A stretch of DNA of 64,000 bases from the human T2T-CHM13v2.0 reference genome, Homo sapiens, in the NCBI RefSeq assembly GCF_009914755.1, contig NC_060936.1. One strand, written 5' to 3'. Every line of letters starts with the position of its first letter. Within the stretch, counting starts at the first letter, position 1. The notes under the pieces are model-generated. The model worked only from the letters and a program-made list of their open reading frames with translations, was not told the DNA's origin and did no database searches. Shown in pieces: positions 45,861 to 61,724 of this stretch. A program made the position numbers and the translations under genes.

Positions 45861-46977
45861 AAGATGATTCTTTAGAAGAGTTTTACTATGAAGGGGAGTA
45901 GAGAAAGAGGGTGACTGCAGTTGGTAGAAGTAGGGTCAAGACAAATTCTCTTGAAATGAGAGATGATAATGAAAAAGACCCAGTACAGAGAGCAAATATG
46001 ATGTTCTGATATGATTGGCACACAGTCGAGTAGGAGCCCGGTCCAGTCTTCTCTTTTTCTCTAATACAGAATAAAGTTATCCTCTAGTTTGGGAATACAG
46101 AATAGTCTCTGGAGGCTAGCCAGGGGACTAGCTGCCTGCCAGGGACACAGATGGAAAAAGTCACCCAAGAGAAATCAGTTCCCCAGGCTGATGCCATTAG
46201 AAATTGTGGGGTCCAAATTGACATCATCCATGAAATGCAGAAACCCTGAGAAGTTAATTTAAAAAGGTCCTGACATCATAGAGCTGGAGCAGAGGCATAC
46301 CCTGAACAGTCTCATAGAGGTTAACCCAGGAAATGCAAGACTTCTATGGAAAATAACTCCCACCAAAGATAGCACCGAGTCAAATATTATAAATCAGATG
46401 AAGAAACAGCCATAACAGAGAGTTAGCAGACACAATAAATGTCAGACTTCACAGCCCAAGAAACAAACTGTTCAAAGATAGGAAGGATAGAAGAGAATCT
46501 ACAAAGAAACAGTGAGACAACATAAAAAAGGAACAGATGAATTTGGAAAACAGCAAAATAGAAATTCTATAAATGAAAAAATATAGTCACTGAAAGAGAA
46601 AAGAAATGATCAAGTTAGATGAAAAATATTTTTTTCTCTCCTTATTTTTTTCATTTATAATGAAATTCCATACATTAAACCCCATTCAAATTGAAATTTG
46701 GAAGAGGAGTTGCATTTAAGACTTTTAGACTGTCATTCTCTTTAAACAGGAGAATCCCACTTATATGTTTCCCAAAGGGGAAATCAATTCAGCAGAAATC
46801 CTCATTTGCTTTGATTGGAAACATATAATCATCTCATCAGTATAAGCCTACAAGCTTTGACTGAAGGCTGTTCCATGACTAACCACATCTAAATCTAGAT
46901 GACAGCAGAGGATTTGGGAGATTTATAATTTTTGTAGTTTTTAAGCAGTGATGAAAATCTGTAAAGTATGTTTGGAG

Positions 46978-48738
<1,761 letters not shown>

Positions 48739-51700
48739 GCTTAGAATATTGTCATATGTATAGCTATCTTTAAGGACACATGGTAGTTGATGGTAGAATA
48801 TGCTCAGTATAATAACATACCATTTCCTCCATTGGAGTTTGAAGGGAGAAGACATTTTTACTATATAATTCTCTATAGAACTGTTTTTTTTTTCCAAACT
48901 ATGTGTCAGAGAGCAACAGCAGCCCTAGAAAATATTTATCAATACCTTCATTCTTTCCCCAGCTCTCTGTGTATCCTATACCCTTTTGGTATGAAGGATA
49001 TGAGTGGTTTTTATTCTTTTTGGGGAGGAAGAATGAAATGAGAAACTAAAAATTACAAAATGGCCATAGAAAGGACTGTCATAATAGAACTTTAATTTGA
49101 AAACCAGATAGACATATGCAAATAGTGTGCAAGTATATCAGAATTGCTCCTATTTTAAATACACGAACCTGGCCCTTGGGACAAAACCTGCAAAAAACTT
49201 TGATGTTATTGCCTTTTTGGAGCAGAGTTGTCATTTAGGGGAAGCCTACTGTCAAGATGAATGAGTTTTTCTCATGTGAACTTTACCCCCTGTGAGCTTC
49301 TGTTTGGGTACTGCTGAGAGTGTTGGACAGTCCCTGTTTTAAATGATGGTTAGCTTGACATTTCATGATACTTCTAATAAAATTATGTGTCAAGGAAATT
49401 GAAAGGCACATTCCCTAGGGTGACAGGTAGAGTGAGTTGCATGGATTTTATGAGAACAAACTGACCATTTTTGTCATGAATGCTAATAAGAAATAAATGG
49501 GATCAAAGTTATTCAAATTGTATTTCTACTTCTAGGGCTGCCTCTTTCTTTCAAAATCCTGTGGGTTTTTTTTTTTTTTTAATAAGTGTTCCTTCCTATT
49601 CTCCTTTACATTTGATCTATTGTTTAAATGGAAAAATATTTGGGCCTTTTAATTTTGTGTCAGACTGAAACTTTCTTCTTTTGAGATTTTAGACTGTTGG
49701 CAGTAGGTAATCCTCACATACTTTCTATCTGTCTAGTGTAGTGGAGAAACTAGAAATTTTCCATTCTGCAACTAAGCAGTACCGAGTGGATTAGGACATA
49801 CTGGTATGTCTTATATTTTATTCATTAAGTTTTTGGGTTAGTAAGATGCCAAACCTCATACCTTGTTTCTCTTAAAATCAGAATTTGGGTTTCAAGATGA
49901 GAAGAATGGAATGGGTACCACTTTCTTTTTCCAGGGTTTTCTATCAGCCATGCTGAGTTAGCCTTGGAAACTACTGAGTAAATGAGGTGCCTCAGAAATG
50001 TGTGTAGCTTTGAGGGAGGAAGAGTGTGGGGAGGGCACGTTTCCTGTGCACACACTGACTCCATGCTATGTTTGTTGTTGTTGTTGTTATTTTCTTGGTT
50101 AGTTTTATTTTAAATAAAAAACAAGTTAATTACAGCACCTTAGAAAATTTTCTACAAATATCTAAACCATTTTAATGGCTCAGCAAAATCTTGAGAGTTT
50201 AAAATTCAGTAACTGCTAAGAAATTGGGATGTTATTTAACAAATTAGAAAAAAAATCAATTTAGTCTCTCCCCACCTCTCCTGGCCAATTCAATACATTA
50301 ATAATGATAATAGCTAGCATGCATTATGTGCCTCTGCTTGCCAAGCACTCCTATTTGCTAAGCACACTCCATGCTTTCTAGAATGTCAGTTCCACGAGGG
50401 CAGGGATTCTTGTTTGTCTTCTTTACTGCTATATTCATAGCCCCTAGATTTCTCCCTGGCCCATAGCAGATGCTCCATATGTACTTTTGGATTATTATAA
50501 GGATTAAATAAGATCTTTATTTTTATGAAAGGATCTTATTTAACCCTTATAATAATCTCATGTCATGAAGTTTGCACTGTTATTATCATCATTACTGCTT
50601 TATAGATAATGAGATTGATAATTGGGGTTCCCAAGATCACACAGTTAATATATGGGAAAAGTGGAATTTGACCTCTCTCTCTCCAGTGTATGAATTCCTA
50701 AAAATTAGGTTATTTCACATGAACTAAAAAGTTTTTTTAAGTAGAAAAAAATACAATTAAATAACAGAATCTCTAGAAATATGTATTTCCAAAATTACAA
50801 CTGACTACAAAGAAAAATGTCAACTGATTTAATCTGTGAAATATTTTAATTTTTATAAGTACAATAACAACAAAAACCATTACACCAACCATACATAGAA
50901 AAACAAGATTTTTACTTCAAGTAAATATGACAAATAGTTCCTTTCATTTTTACATAAAATTACTGATAAAATTGATAAAAAGAGACTGTTGATAAATGGT
51001 CAAATACCATAAACTTTTCATTAAAAAGAAGAAATTATAACTAGTATGTATACACCTGGAAAAATATCTGTCTGCTTACAAAGTGAAGTTGAAGCAATGA
51101 ATGAGGTCCAGATTTCTACCTGAAAAATAGCATTGGGGTAATATTCCCTGATAGGTTCTCCACCAACTTCCCATTGAAAGACATGCTCCCCACGGAGATA
51201 GAAAAATAGAAAAGCTTTAATAGAATTGAAAGCTAAGCATAGTAATTCAACTTTTGCAAGAAATGGGAAAACTTTTTTTCAAATGTAACCCATAGATGAA
51301 GATGGAGTCAGAACCACAAGGGATCATCTACATCCACTTTATCCCCTGAAAGGAACAGCATCGGGGGCCAGGAAAGAAGAGTGGTCGCTCTACCTTCTAA
51401 GCACATAACTCAGAAGGGGTTCACTATCCAAAAACCTCGGCAGATACCCTAACACTGTGCAGAGGCTTAAGGAACTACTCCAGCCAACAGAAGAGATCCA
51501 TCTCATAGTTAAGACTGAGAAATGAGGCAGTGATTCTGTAAAAATGACTGGTGGTGGGCACTGGAGCTAGTTTGGGCTCAGTGTAAATAATGATAAGTTT
51601 GCATAACTGAATACAGATGTCAAAACTAATTCCTGAAAAAGGTGATAGAGTATAAAGATAACTAACAATGACCTGGGGATAATATATCAGATTTTAATAA

Positions 51701-52069
51701 CCAAGTGGATGTGGGAGAGATAGGGTAATTAAAAATTATGAAATTCTTCATCCTATATGTAGGGAATAAAAATATGTTGGTTCATTTTATACATTGAGAA
51801 ATAGAGAAGCAGAGTAGAGAAATTATGTTTTTAAGATGGATTAATGGAGAAGTGTGTTTTGGAAAATATTAAACATAACTGCTATTAGAATCTAAACCAG
51901 AATATATATATTTCAAATCAGTGTGGAAAGTAAAAGGGAAATAGTCTTATGGCAGAAGACACAAAACAAAGGAAAAAGGAAGAATACACTCAGAAAGCAT
52001 AAAATAATAGAAGAAAACAAGGCATGTTAATTATGCCCATAAATGTAAAATAGTTGAAACATACTGGAT

Positions 52070-52520
52070 TTGTGAGGATTTTTTGGTTGCAAGTGACAGA
52101 ATCGCAACTTAAGCCAAATCAGCCAAAAGGGGAAATTTTCTGATTCATGTGAATACAAAGCTGGGGAAGGCAGAGGTAAGGATGGGCCTGAGGGTTTACT
52201 GAGAGCAAAGGCTTGAGTGCTCCTGGAATCACCTCGTTCCATCTTCTCTCTTTCAGCATTATGTGTTAGCTTTATTTGATCAGGCTGGCTTCCTCTACAG
52301 TGCTGGATACATGTCTGCCACTAGATCAAGACTTCTAATGCCCCAAATTTACCAGAGAGAGAGAGAGCACAAGACTGTCTCTTGCTTCAGGTTCAGATAC
52401 CAGGGAAGTGCTCTGATTGGCCCAGCTTGGCTCATGTGCCCATCCCTGGTCCCAAGCACCATGGCCAAGGAGGCAGGGTCATGAAAGAATATGGAAGCCC
52501 TCACTAAGAACTAAGAAAAG
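52070..52520. mobile_element. Old MLT1-type MaLR LTR fragment
   Basis: ttggttgcaagtgacaga and ctgattggcccagcttggctcatgtgccc motifs. Confidence 0.6.
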
Positions 52521-53063
52521 GGGGTAGGCAGAGGATGGAAAATAATGTCCCAGAAGGATGGGATGTTTGATGCTTTTCTTAGAACAGAAGAAGAATGCTA
52601 CTTGAAGTAGTAGATATAAAATTGAACTATAAATCACTGTCAAAAATGGTCCAGACATCTTTAAAACTAAAAGGATTTTCAGTTATCAAAGATACTAAGA
52701 AAAGATAAAGAAACAAAGATGGCAATATCAATATTATGCTAAGTAGGATGCAAGGCAAAAGGCATTGAACTGCACCAAGAGGCCCATTGATATTGATGAA
52801 AGGTACAGTCAACAGTGACTATATAACAGCCATAAATGTGATACTAACACTATATGGATAGCAAAAATTCAACAAAACCAAACTTGGTAGAAACTGTGAA
52901 AAGACAGAGATGGTGTCATAGAGTAACAGATAAGAGTACAGGCTCTGGGGCTGATTGCCTGAGTTTTGAACCTGGCTCCTCTTTCTAGCTGTGTGACTTG
53001 GATCAAGTTATTTAACATTTCTGTGTCTTCATTTTCTAATCTGGAAAATAGGGATGATAATAG

Positions 53064-53292
53064 TACACGTTGAGAATCCCACATTCAAAATGCCTGAGGC
53101 AAGAAGTGTTTCAGATTTCAGATTTTTGGGGGGAGTTTGGAATTTTTGCATTATTCTAGTTGAGCATCCCAAATCTGAAAATTTGAAATCTGAAATGCCC
53201 CGACAAGCATTTCTTGAGTGTCATGTCAGCACTCAAAAAGCTTTAGATTTTGAAGAATTTTGGATTTTTGGATATGGGATACTCAACTTGTA
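53064..53292. mobile_element. Tigger4/MER46-type MITE inside a MIR (~52905-53395)
   Basis: TIRs taCAcGTTGAGaATCCC / GGGATACTCAACTTGta. Confidence 0.75.
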
Positions 53293-53488
53293 TCTATAAC
53301 CTTGTAGACTTGTGGTGGGGAGTGAATGAATTTATTCACAGGAAGTGCTTAATATAGTACCTGTCAGGTGGCAAACACTTGGTAAATACCAGTTATTATC
53401 TTTTTTTAAAAAAGATTGTGGGGAAAAAAAGGAGAGAATTTCTGTGGCCAATGTTAGCACAATATTTTCAGTTTTTAATAGATATATT

Positions 53489-53795
<307 letters not shown>

Positions 53796-54333
53796 AGATA
53801 TATTGACCAAAAATATAGATCAATAGACCTGTATAGAAATGTAATTTAAACACTGAGCATATGTACCCCTTCTGGGAGCCTTCTTATAGGATCCATGGAC
53901 ACTGATGAAGCTGAACATACACTGCATCAGAATCTCAGTAACGGATCCAAAGGAGGAGCGAGCATGGAAGGCAGGCTGGGGATGGGGGAGGGCCCTGGAA
54001 CGTGTAAATCTGATTTACAGCTTGAAGAGATCACTGTGGCTGCTGTGTGGAGACCAGGACTGCAAGGGCAAGAGTCATGGCAGAAAACTGGTTAGGAAGC
54101 TACTGTGGTCATCCAGCCTGGAGATGATCGTGGCTTGAACGAACGCGTTAGCAGTGGAGGAGATGAGGAGCCCTATTTGGAAGGTGAAGCCTGTTGATGG
54201 ATTGAACATGAAGTGCGACTCACAGAGGGGAAGCCATGGCAACTTCTGGGTTCTGCGTGTGGGATGGAGGACACGGATGAGGAGTGGGTTTGGGTGGAGG
54301 AGATGGAAGTGAAGGGGTCTGCTTTTAACTTGC

Positions 54334-55091
<758 letters not shown>

Positions 55092-55981
55092 ACAAAATTC
55101 AACTCATAACACCTGTTAAATGTGACTGTCGATTAACTATTCAAGTGGAGCTGTTAAGTGGGGAAATTGGATGGATATATTTCGGCCTTCATCCAGTTTT
55201 TTTTTAATGTGTGTGTGATGAACATCTTCAGGCATACAGGTTGTTCTGTATTTTGAATTTTGTTTTGGAATACATTTTCAAAAGAAGACAGCTCTTAATA
55301 TATATCATTAAAATATTTTGAAGAAGTGTGATGCAATGATAAATTTACTATTCGACAGGGGAGGAGAATATAACGGCTTAAAATACAGACAAATTTATGT
55401 ATGGAGCAACAGGAAGTGAAGAATTCCTAACTCCTGGCCTCCATTTTCTTGACAGAGTACATTTCCTTTCTGGCACTGCTAGACAGAGATTAAGCAATAA
55501 TTTAGCTTGAATTTCTAAGTGTAATAGCATTAGGTAACATAGTTCCATGACCTCAGAAAGCTGGAGAATCACATTCTGATGTACATAAAGTACATATATA
55601 CTCATTTTATTAAAATGAGATTGCCAATACATTTTGTTTTGGATCTTGGAAACGTCACTCCTTTATTCTTCTATTCACTCATTTTCATTTAAAAATATTT
55701 TTTAGTTTCTATTATGTCTCAGTCACTATGGTAGATGCTCAATTTCAATAGGGAATAAGACAAATTAGCTGTGAAGCAATACTCAGGCAATGAAATATGA
55801 CAAGTACTAGTGTGTGGTTAAGACCAGGGTACTATTAGGGCCTGCAGAAATGGCACCTAACAGTTTTGGGGGTTGTTGGCTGGGGTGTGAGAATGTTTTT
55901 TGGAGAAAGTGATTTAGGAAATAACATACAGATGCCACAAATATAATACTGATAACATTTAAAATATATTTTCTATTTTAG

Positions 55982-56087
55982 TGCGGCAATAGTATTTTCT
56001 ACACTTACACTTCTCCAGGATTCAAAACTTTTTGAAAAGAAGGTAGTACAGGATGACACAGAGAATCCTGTCTCTCCAGGAACTTCT
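55982..56087 (+). CDS. CFAP54: CFAP54 coding exon (106 nt, 2->0): (S)AAIVFSTLTLLQDSKLFEKKVVQDDTENPVSPGTS
   Basis: ttttag|T acceptor, TCT|gtaagt donor; follows a 19.4-kb intron; phase matches. Confidence 0.9.
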
Positions 56088-56793
56088 GTAAGTATGACTT
56101 AATGTCTGTTCTTACAATACTTATCATATAAGAACTATTGGCATGCTAGGATATTGTCTAATTATTTAGATGAAGCAAAGGAGTAAAGTAGAAAAAACAT
56201 TGAATTTGGAGTAAAAAGATTTAGGTCCTATTAATGCTATTTATTTATTGGTATACCTTGGACAAATCTCTTAATTAAAAAAAAATTGGTTATCTCATTT
56301 GTGAACTAATGGAATTGGGATATAATAATTACTAAAGTCCAATCCAAAGTTCCAGATGTACCATTATATTAATCTAGCTTTTATCTACCTAGCAAATAAA
56401 GTTGTTTCCCAAGACTTGCTCCTCATTCCGCTTTTGAATCTATTGCCTTAGCATTGCCAGTCAGATACCTGGGCTGTTTCCTGCTTTGGATTCCTCATAG
56501 TTAGAATCTTGCATTCAAGCTCTCAAATCTGACAACTAATGTCACATATTCTCTGATTAGGCTTTGATAAGACCAAGTAATTTAACAATACAGGATTGTT
56601 TAGGACTGAAATATAAAGATTCATCATATAGAACCCTTGCTCATTATTTCAAGTATTACTAATAAAATCGCTAATATCTAGCACCATTACAAATTAGCAA
56701 AACTAATTGTCCTCAATAGAGACTCATTTCTTACTATATTGAAAGCAATAAAAATGCTAAAAAGCAATCTAACTCTAAAAATTGACTTAGAAT

Positions 56794-57010
56794 AATGATT
56801 GTCAATTGGGGGTGATTTTGCCTCCCGGGGGAAATTTGGCAATGTCTGGAGATATTTTAGGTTGTCACAACTGGGTGGAGGCGGGTGCTACTGGCATCTA
56901 CTAGGTAGAGGCCAGGGAAGTTGCTAAACTTCCTTTAATCTACAGGACAGCCCTCCACAGCAGTTATCTGGCCCTAAATAGGTCAGTAGTGCTGAGGTTG
57001 AGAAACCCTG
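56794..57010 (+). mobile_element. MER20 (hAT-Charlie MITE)
   Basis: ggggtgattttgcc...tttggcaatgtctggaga...gctgaggttgagaaaccctg. Confidence 0.85.
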
Positions 57011-57191
57011 ATTGAGATTAATGTGACCTATCTTTTCATTAGTGACAGGAAATCTGAGCATTGAGTGATTAAGTTCTATTGATGGACATTTTTTTCTGTA
57101 TTGCTAATCTACATACTAGACTCTTTGAGTACTTCTTGTGCCCATTTGAATCACTATCCTCCCTGTGGGCCTCTGTCGACTGCTTACTCTT

Positions 57192-57488
57192 GGTTTTTTG
57201 GTTTTTTTTTGAGACGGAGTCTCGCTCTATCGCCCAACCTGGAATGCAGTGGCACAGTGTCGGCTTACTGCAACCTCTGCCTCCTGGGTTCAAGCAATTC
57301 TCCTGACTCAGCCTCCTGAGTAGCTGGGACTAGAGGTGCCTGCCACCATGCCTGTCTAATTTTTGTATTTTTAGTAGAGAGTTTCACCATATTGGTCAGG
57401 CTGGTCTCGAACTCCTGACCTCAGGTTATTCACCTGCCTTGGCCTCCCAAAGTGCTGAGATTACAGGTGTGAGCCACCGCGCCGCGCA
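57192..57488 (-). mobile_element. Alu (AluS-like)
   Basis: TSD tgt(c/t)gactgcttac at 57174-57187 and 57489-57502. Confidence 0.94.
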
Positions 57489-57839
57489 TGTTGACTGCTT
57501 ACCCTTGTTTCCAGGGAACAACTTGCCCTACTCTTCCTGTACTACCCACCTGCATTTGAGCCCCTTTAGGCCCCATTAGCTACTCCTGGCTAGCACATGT
57601 TGCTGATTGGTTGGACATGAGGAGCTGTCAGAGATGCATAGCAGGAAATACTTAGAACAAATGACAGTTGTTCTAAGTGATTTTAAAGTTCCTAGTGTCT
57701 ACGATGGACTCCACTCCCCCAGAAATAGCTTTCTTTGCACATCTCTCCTAGCTCTCAGTAGCTCTGGACATTTGTCACCTCTTTGTAAAGTGTAATATTG
57801 AGGGTGGCAAATTAATTATAATACGTGTTTGGAATATGA

Positions 57840-58095
57840 GCAGCATACAGCAGCATGACACAGTGGATTAAGACTGTGGACTCTGAAGGCAGGAAGACAT
57901 AGGTTGGAATCCCACCTCCGTCAAAATATGACAGTGTTTAGGCAAGATAGTTAACCTTCCTAGGTCTCAGTTCTCCCAACTGTAAAATGGAAATGATTAT
58001 AATACCTCTTTGGCTGTTAGGAGGATTAAATGAGATAATATATACAAAGCGTGTAGCACAGTACCTGACACATAATAACTAAATGGATATTAGTG
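57840..58095 (+). mobile_element. MIR
   Basis: Core ctcagtt...ctgtaaaatgg...gaggattaaatgagataat; similar MIRs at ~6640-6890, ~58885-59120, ~63640-63905. Confidence 0.8.
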
Positions 58096-58464
58096 AATAT
58101 TATTTATTTTTTAGCCCTTGAAATGACATTTACAAAAACTTTTAATGACATAGAAACTGCTGATAATATAATTTGCAGTGAGAAATTCACACTGCAAAAC
58201 TATTTTTCAACAATGGGTACGGAGAGAAAAGGAAAGCTGAAAAGCAGTATGCTAAAATGTTAATAGAGGATTTCTGGATTGTGGGTGATTTTGTTTTGAA
58301 TATTTTTTATATTTTATAGAATGTGCAAGAATCATTTCTAAATTTAAAATTGTAATACTGTGGAATGATACCAGATGCCTTTTAAACTTACATTACATTT
58401 AGTCTTAGGCTAGAACCTTGACATTATTAAATGGAAAGATAACCATCATTTTAATATTGTTTAG

Positions 58465-58612
58465 GCCACTGAAAATAAAGATGACAATGAGTTTTTAGAT
58501 CCTATTTCCCTAAATGCCCGAGAATATTTCAACATTCATCTGTGGTTGAGGTGCCGCTTAGCATTGGTGACTGCATTTGTTGCACAGATTCATGGCATTG
58601 GAATTGTGAAAG
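58465..58612 (+). CDS. CFAP54: CFAP54 coding exon (148 nt, 0->1): ATENKDDNEFLDPISLNAREYFNIHLWLRCRLALVTAFVAQIHGIGIVK(E)
   Basis: gtttag|G acceptor, AAAG|gtacaa donor; in frame. Confidence 0.9.
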
Positions 58613-59427
58613 GTACAAACATTTGCTTAATCAATGTTTTCATAAAAATTAATTTTACATAGGTGAAGAGGGGTTTATTGGGATATATTTTATTATGTTA
58701 ATGTTTTATAACTTTCTAGCTTGATCTGCTTATAGAATTAAAAATTCAGGTTATTAATATATAGGAATATTTTTAACAGCCCTTTGTATCATTGAAAGTG
58801 GCTTATATCTTACTAATGTATGCAAAACAGATAAAGCAATTTCATAATACGAATGACCAGGTCTTCTTGTCATCTGGGAAGGCAACTAAGTGTAGGAGTG
58901 AAGAGCACAGATTACTGGAGCCAACCCACTTGGGTTCAAATATTGGATCCACTACTTCCTTGCCAAGCCTTTCTTTGCCAAGTCTCTTAAATCCCCCTTA
59001 CTCAGTTTCCTACCCTGTAAAATGGAGACAATTGTACCTACTTTATAGGATTATTGTCAGAATTAAATGGGTTAAATTTATACTGTTCTTAGATCACAGC
59101 TTGGCACATGTAAATGTTAGTTCTTGCAGTGATTAATCATTATCTATTTGTATACCTATCTATTCACTCATTTCTATCCATCTTCCAAATTAAATTATCT
59201 CATGCAATATCATCATTTTTGCAGCACTGGAAAGTCCTAAAGTACTTTCCCCCAAATTACAACACATTTATTTTCCATGTTTCATGTAGAGTCTGTTTTC
59301 CATCTTAATATACTCCCCTGTTCTTTGATATTACACAATATTTCTGTGATGAAAATTGGGGCTATTACACATGTATAACTTCTGACTTTCTCAATGCATT
59401 TTAAATAACCGCATTTGTTTATTTTAG

Positions 59428-59585
59428 AGGATGATATGACAGATTGCCTGAGCCTCATCAATGAAGTGTGTATGGAGGCAAAAAGCGCAGGGGACACGGA
59501 ACTGCAGGCTGAATTCTTGACGCAAGCTGTAATTCTTGGCCTACAAGAAAAGCATTTAAAGGCAGACATCATGACAAACCTTCAG
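59428..59585 (+). CDS. CFAP54: CFAP54 coding exon (158 nt, 1->0): (E)DDMTDCLSLINEVCMEAK...ADIMTNLQ
   Basis: ttttag|AG acceptor, CAG|gtagaa donor; ORF 59415..59615. Confidence 0.92.
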
Positions 59586-59756
59586 GTAGAAAGGAAACTT
59601 TGTTCGTATTTATAGTCAGGGAGGGATTCCAGTTAGAACAAAAGGAGAGAATTTCAAATTCCACTAGGTACTGAATGCATAACAATTAACATGTCCAGCT
59701 CTTGTTTCAGTGAATTGGAAACAGTACTATCAAAATGAATAATTTTATTTTAATAG

Positions 59757-59936
59757 GATATAATACATTTGCTGGAAGGAAATGAATTTATTTCTCCTCA
59801 ATCACGGCTAACCCTGGCAAGAAGCCTAGTTTTGCTGGATGACTTAACCAAAGCTGAGAAATTCAAGGAATCTCCCTCTTCAAAAACAGGAAAATTAAAT
59901 TTGTTAACTCGGGCTCATAGCATTCTAACTGAACAG
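59757..59936 (+). CDS. CFAP54: CFAP54 coding exon (180 nt, 0->0): DIIHLLEGNEFISPQSR...RAHSILTEQ
   Basis: aatag|G acceptor, CAG|gtgaga donor; ORF 59769..60014. Confidence 0.92.
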
Positions 59937-60045
59937 GTGAGAATGCTTTTGTGTCTGCGAGACATAGAAACTTACTTTTCTCTCTTTCCTCCTATTCCAA
60001 ACCACGTCAACTAATTGCTCATTACAATATTTGTTTTTTTAATAG

Positions 60046-60172
60046 ATGCTAGCTTTTGGAGAAACAATTGAATTTCGTTCATCAAACACTAAATATGCAA
60101 ATCCATTACAGCCTTTGAAAAATATCTATCTTCCCCATGTCATGTTATTGGCCAAAATAAAAATGAGAATTG
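60046..60172 (+). CDS. CFAP54: CFAP54 coding exon (127 nt, 0->1): MLAFGETIEFRSSNTKYANPLQPLKNIYLPHVMLLAKIKMRI(G)
   Basis: aatag|A acceptor, TTG|gtaaga donor; in frame. Confidence 0.9.
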
Positions 60173-60708
60173 GTAAGAACATTTAAACTTATATTGCCCT
60201 AGAATAACTGATAAAACTTTTTAAGTTATTTTTAGGCAGGCTATCATATGAGTGCATTTAAAAGAGGCAATATTTATGAATACTCAGGCTCCATTTATTT
60301 AACCAATAGTTTTTGATCACTTATCATATGCCAGACTGTGTGATGTATAGATGGTCTTTATATATGAATAAAGTATGTGGTTGATTACCATAATATAACA
60401 TGCATAACTGCTTGGTCTAGACTATTGCACTTTATCCAGGTCATCAGTCTTTTGGATTAAAATTATGCCCACATAATTTACTTCAAAATTACCATGCAAT
60501 TCAGTAACTTTACTGAAAAAAATCCTACAAACACAAAATACATTTCTTAAATAATCTGTTGTCTAGCATATTTAAATTATAACTAACTGTTAAAGAAGAT
60601 TTTGGAAAGGAATGTGTTAAATGCATTATGTATTTTATAACTGATGTTATGAAGTACTTACATCTTTAAAAATGCTAATTTAATGCCTGTGAACAAAAAA
60701 ATAGTTTA

Positions 60709-61724
60709 TTTTTTATTATTTATTTTCTTTCTTCAACATTTATTTTAAGTTTAGGGGTACATGTGCAGGATGTGCAGGTTTGCTATATAGGTAAATGTGT
60801 GCCATGATGGTTTCCTGCACAGATCATCCTATCTAAGCCCAGCATTCATTGGCCATTCTTCCTGATGCTCTCCCTTGCTCTACCCCCCAGTAGGTCATAG
60901 TGTGTGTCATTCCCCCTCGACGTGTCCATGTGTTCTCATCATTCAGCTCCCACTTATAAGTGAGAACATGTGGTGTTTGGTTTTCTGTTCTTGTGTTAGT
61001 TTGCTGAGGATAATGGCTTCCAACTCCATCCATAGGACATGATCTCGTTCCTTTTTATGGCTGCATAATATTCCATGGTGTATATGTACCACATTTTCTT
61101 TATCCAGTCTATCATTGATGGGCATTTAGGTTGATTCCATGTCTTCTCTATTGTGAATAGTGCTGCAGTGCACATATGCTTGCATATATTTTTAGAATAG
61201 AGTGATTTATATTCCTTTGGGTATTACCTAGTAATTAGATTGCTGGGTCAAATGGTATTTCTGCCCCTAGTCTTTGAGGAATCACCACACTGTCTCCACA
61301 GTGGTTGAACTAATTTACACTCCCACCAACAGTGTAAAAGCATTCCTTTTTCTCTGCAACCTTGCCAGCATCTGTTGTTTTTTGACTTTTTAATAATAGC
61401 CATTCTGACTGGTGTGAAATAGTATCTCATTGTGGTTTTGATTTGGATTTCTCTAATGATCAGTGATGTTGAGCTTTTTTTCATGTTTGCTGGCTGCATG
61501 CATGTCTTTTGAGAAATGTCTGTTTATGTCCTTTGCCCATTTTTTAATGTTTTTTTTTTCTTGTAAATTTGTTTGAGTTCTTTGTATACTCTGAATATTA
61601 GACCTTTGTCAGATGGGTAGATTGCAAAGATTTTCTCCCATTCTGTAGGTTGTCTGTTCATTCTGATGATAGTTTCTTTTGCTGTGCGGAAGCTCTTTAG
61701 TTTAGTTAGATCCCATTTGTCAAT
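60709..61724 (-). mobile_element. 5'-truncated primate L1 (L1PA, older than the full-length copy), ~1 kb
   Basis: ORF2 C-terminal homology (ORFs 61248..61499, 60943..61125); TSD aaaaatag(t/c)tta at 60697-60708 and 61725-61736. Confidence 0.92.

Noticed and set aside
58465-58490. Possible amino-acid differences from the reference CFAP54 (species or haplotype clue)
   Set aside because: Needs alignment to the reference protein; memory is not reliable enough to call variants or species
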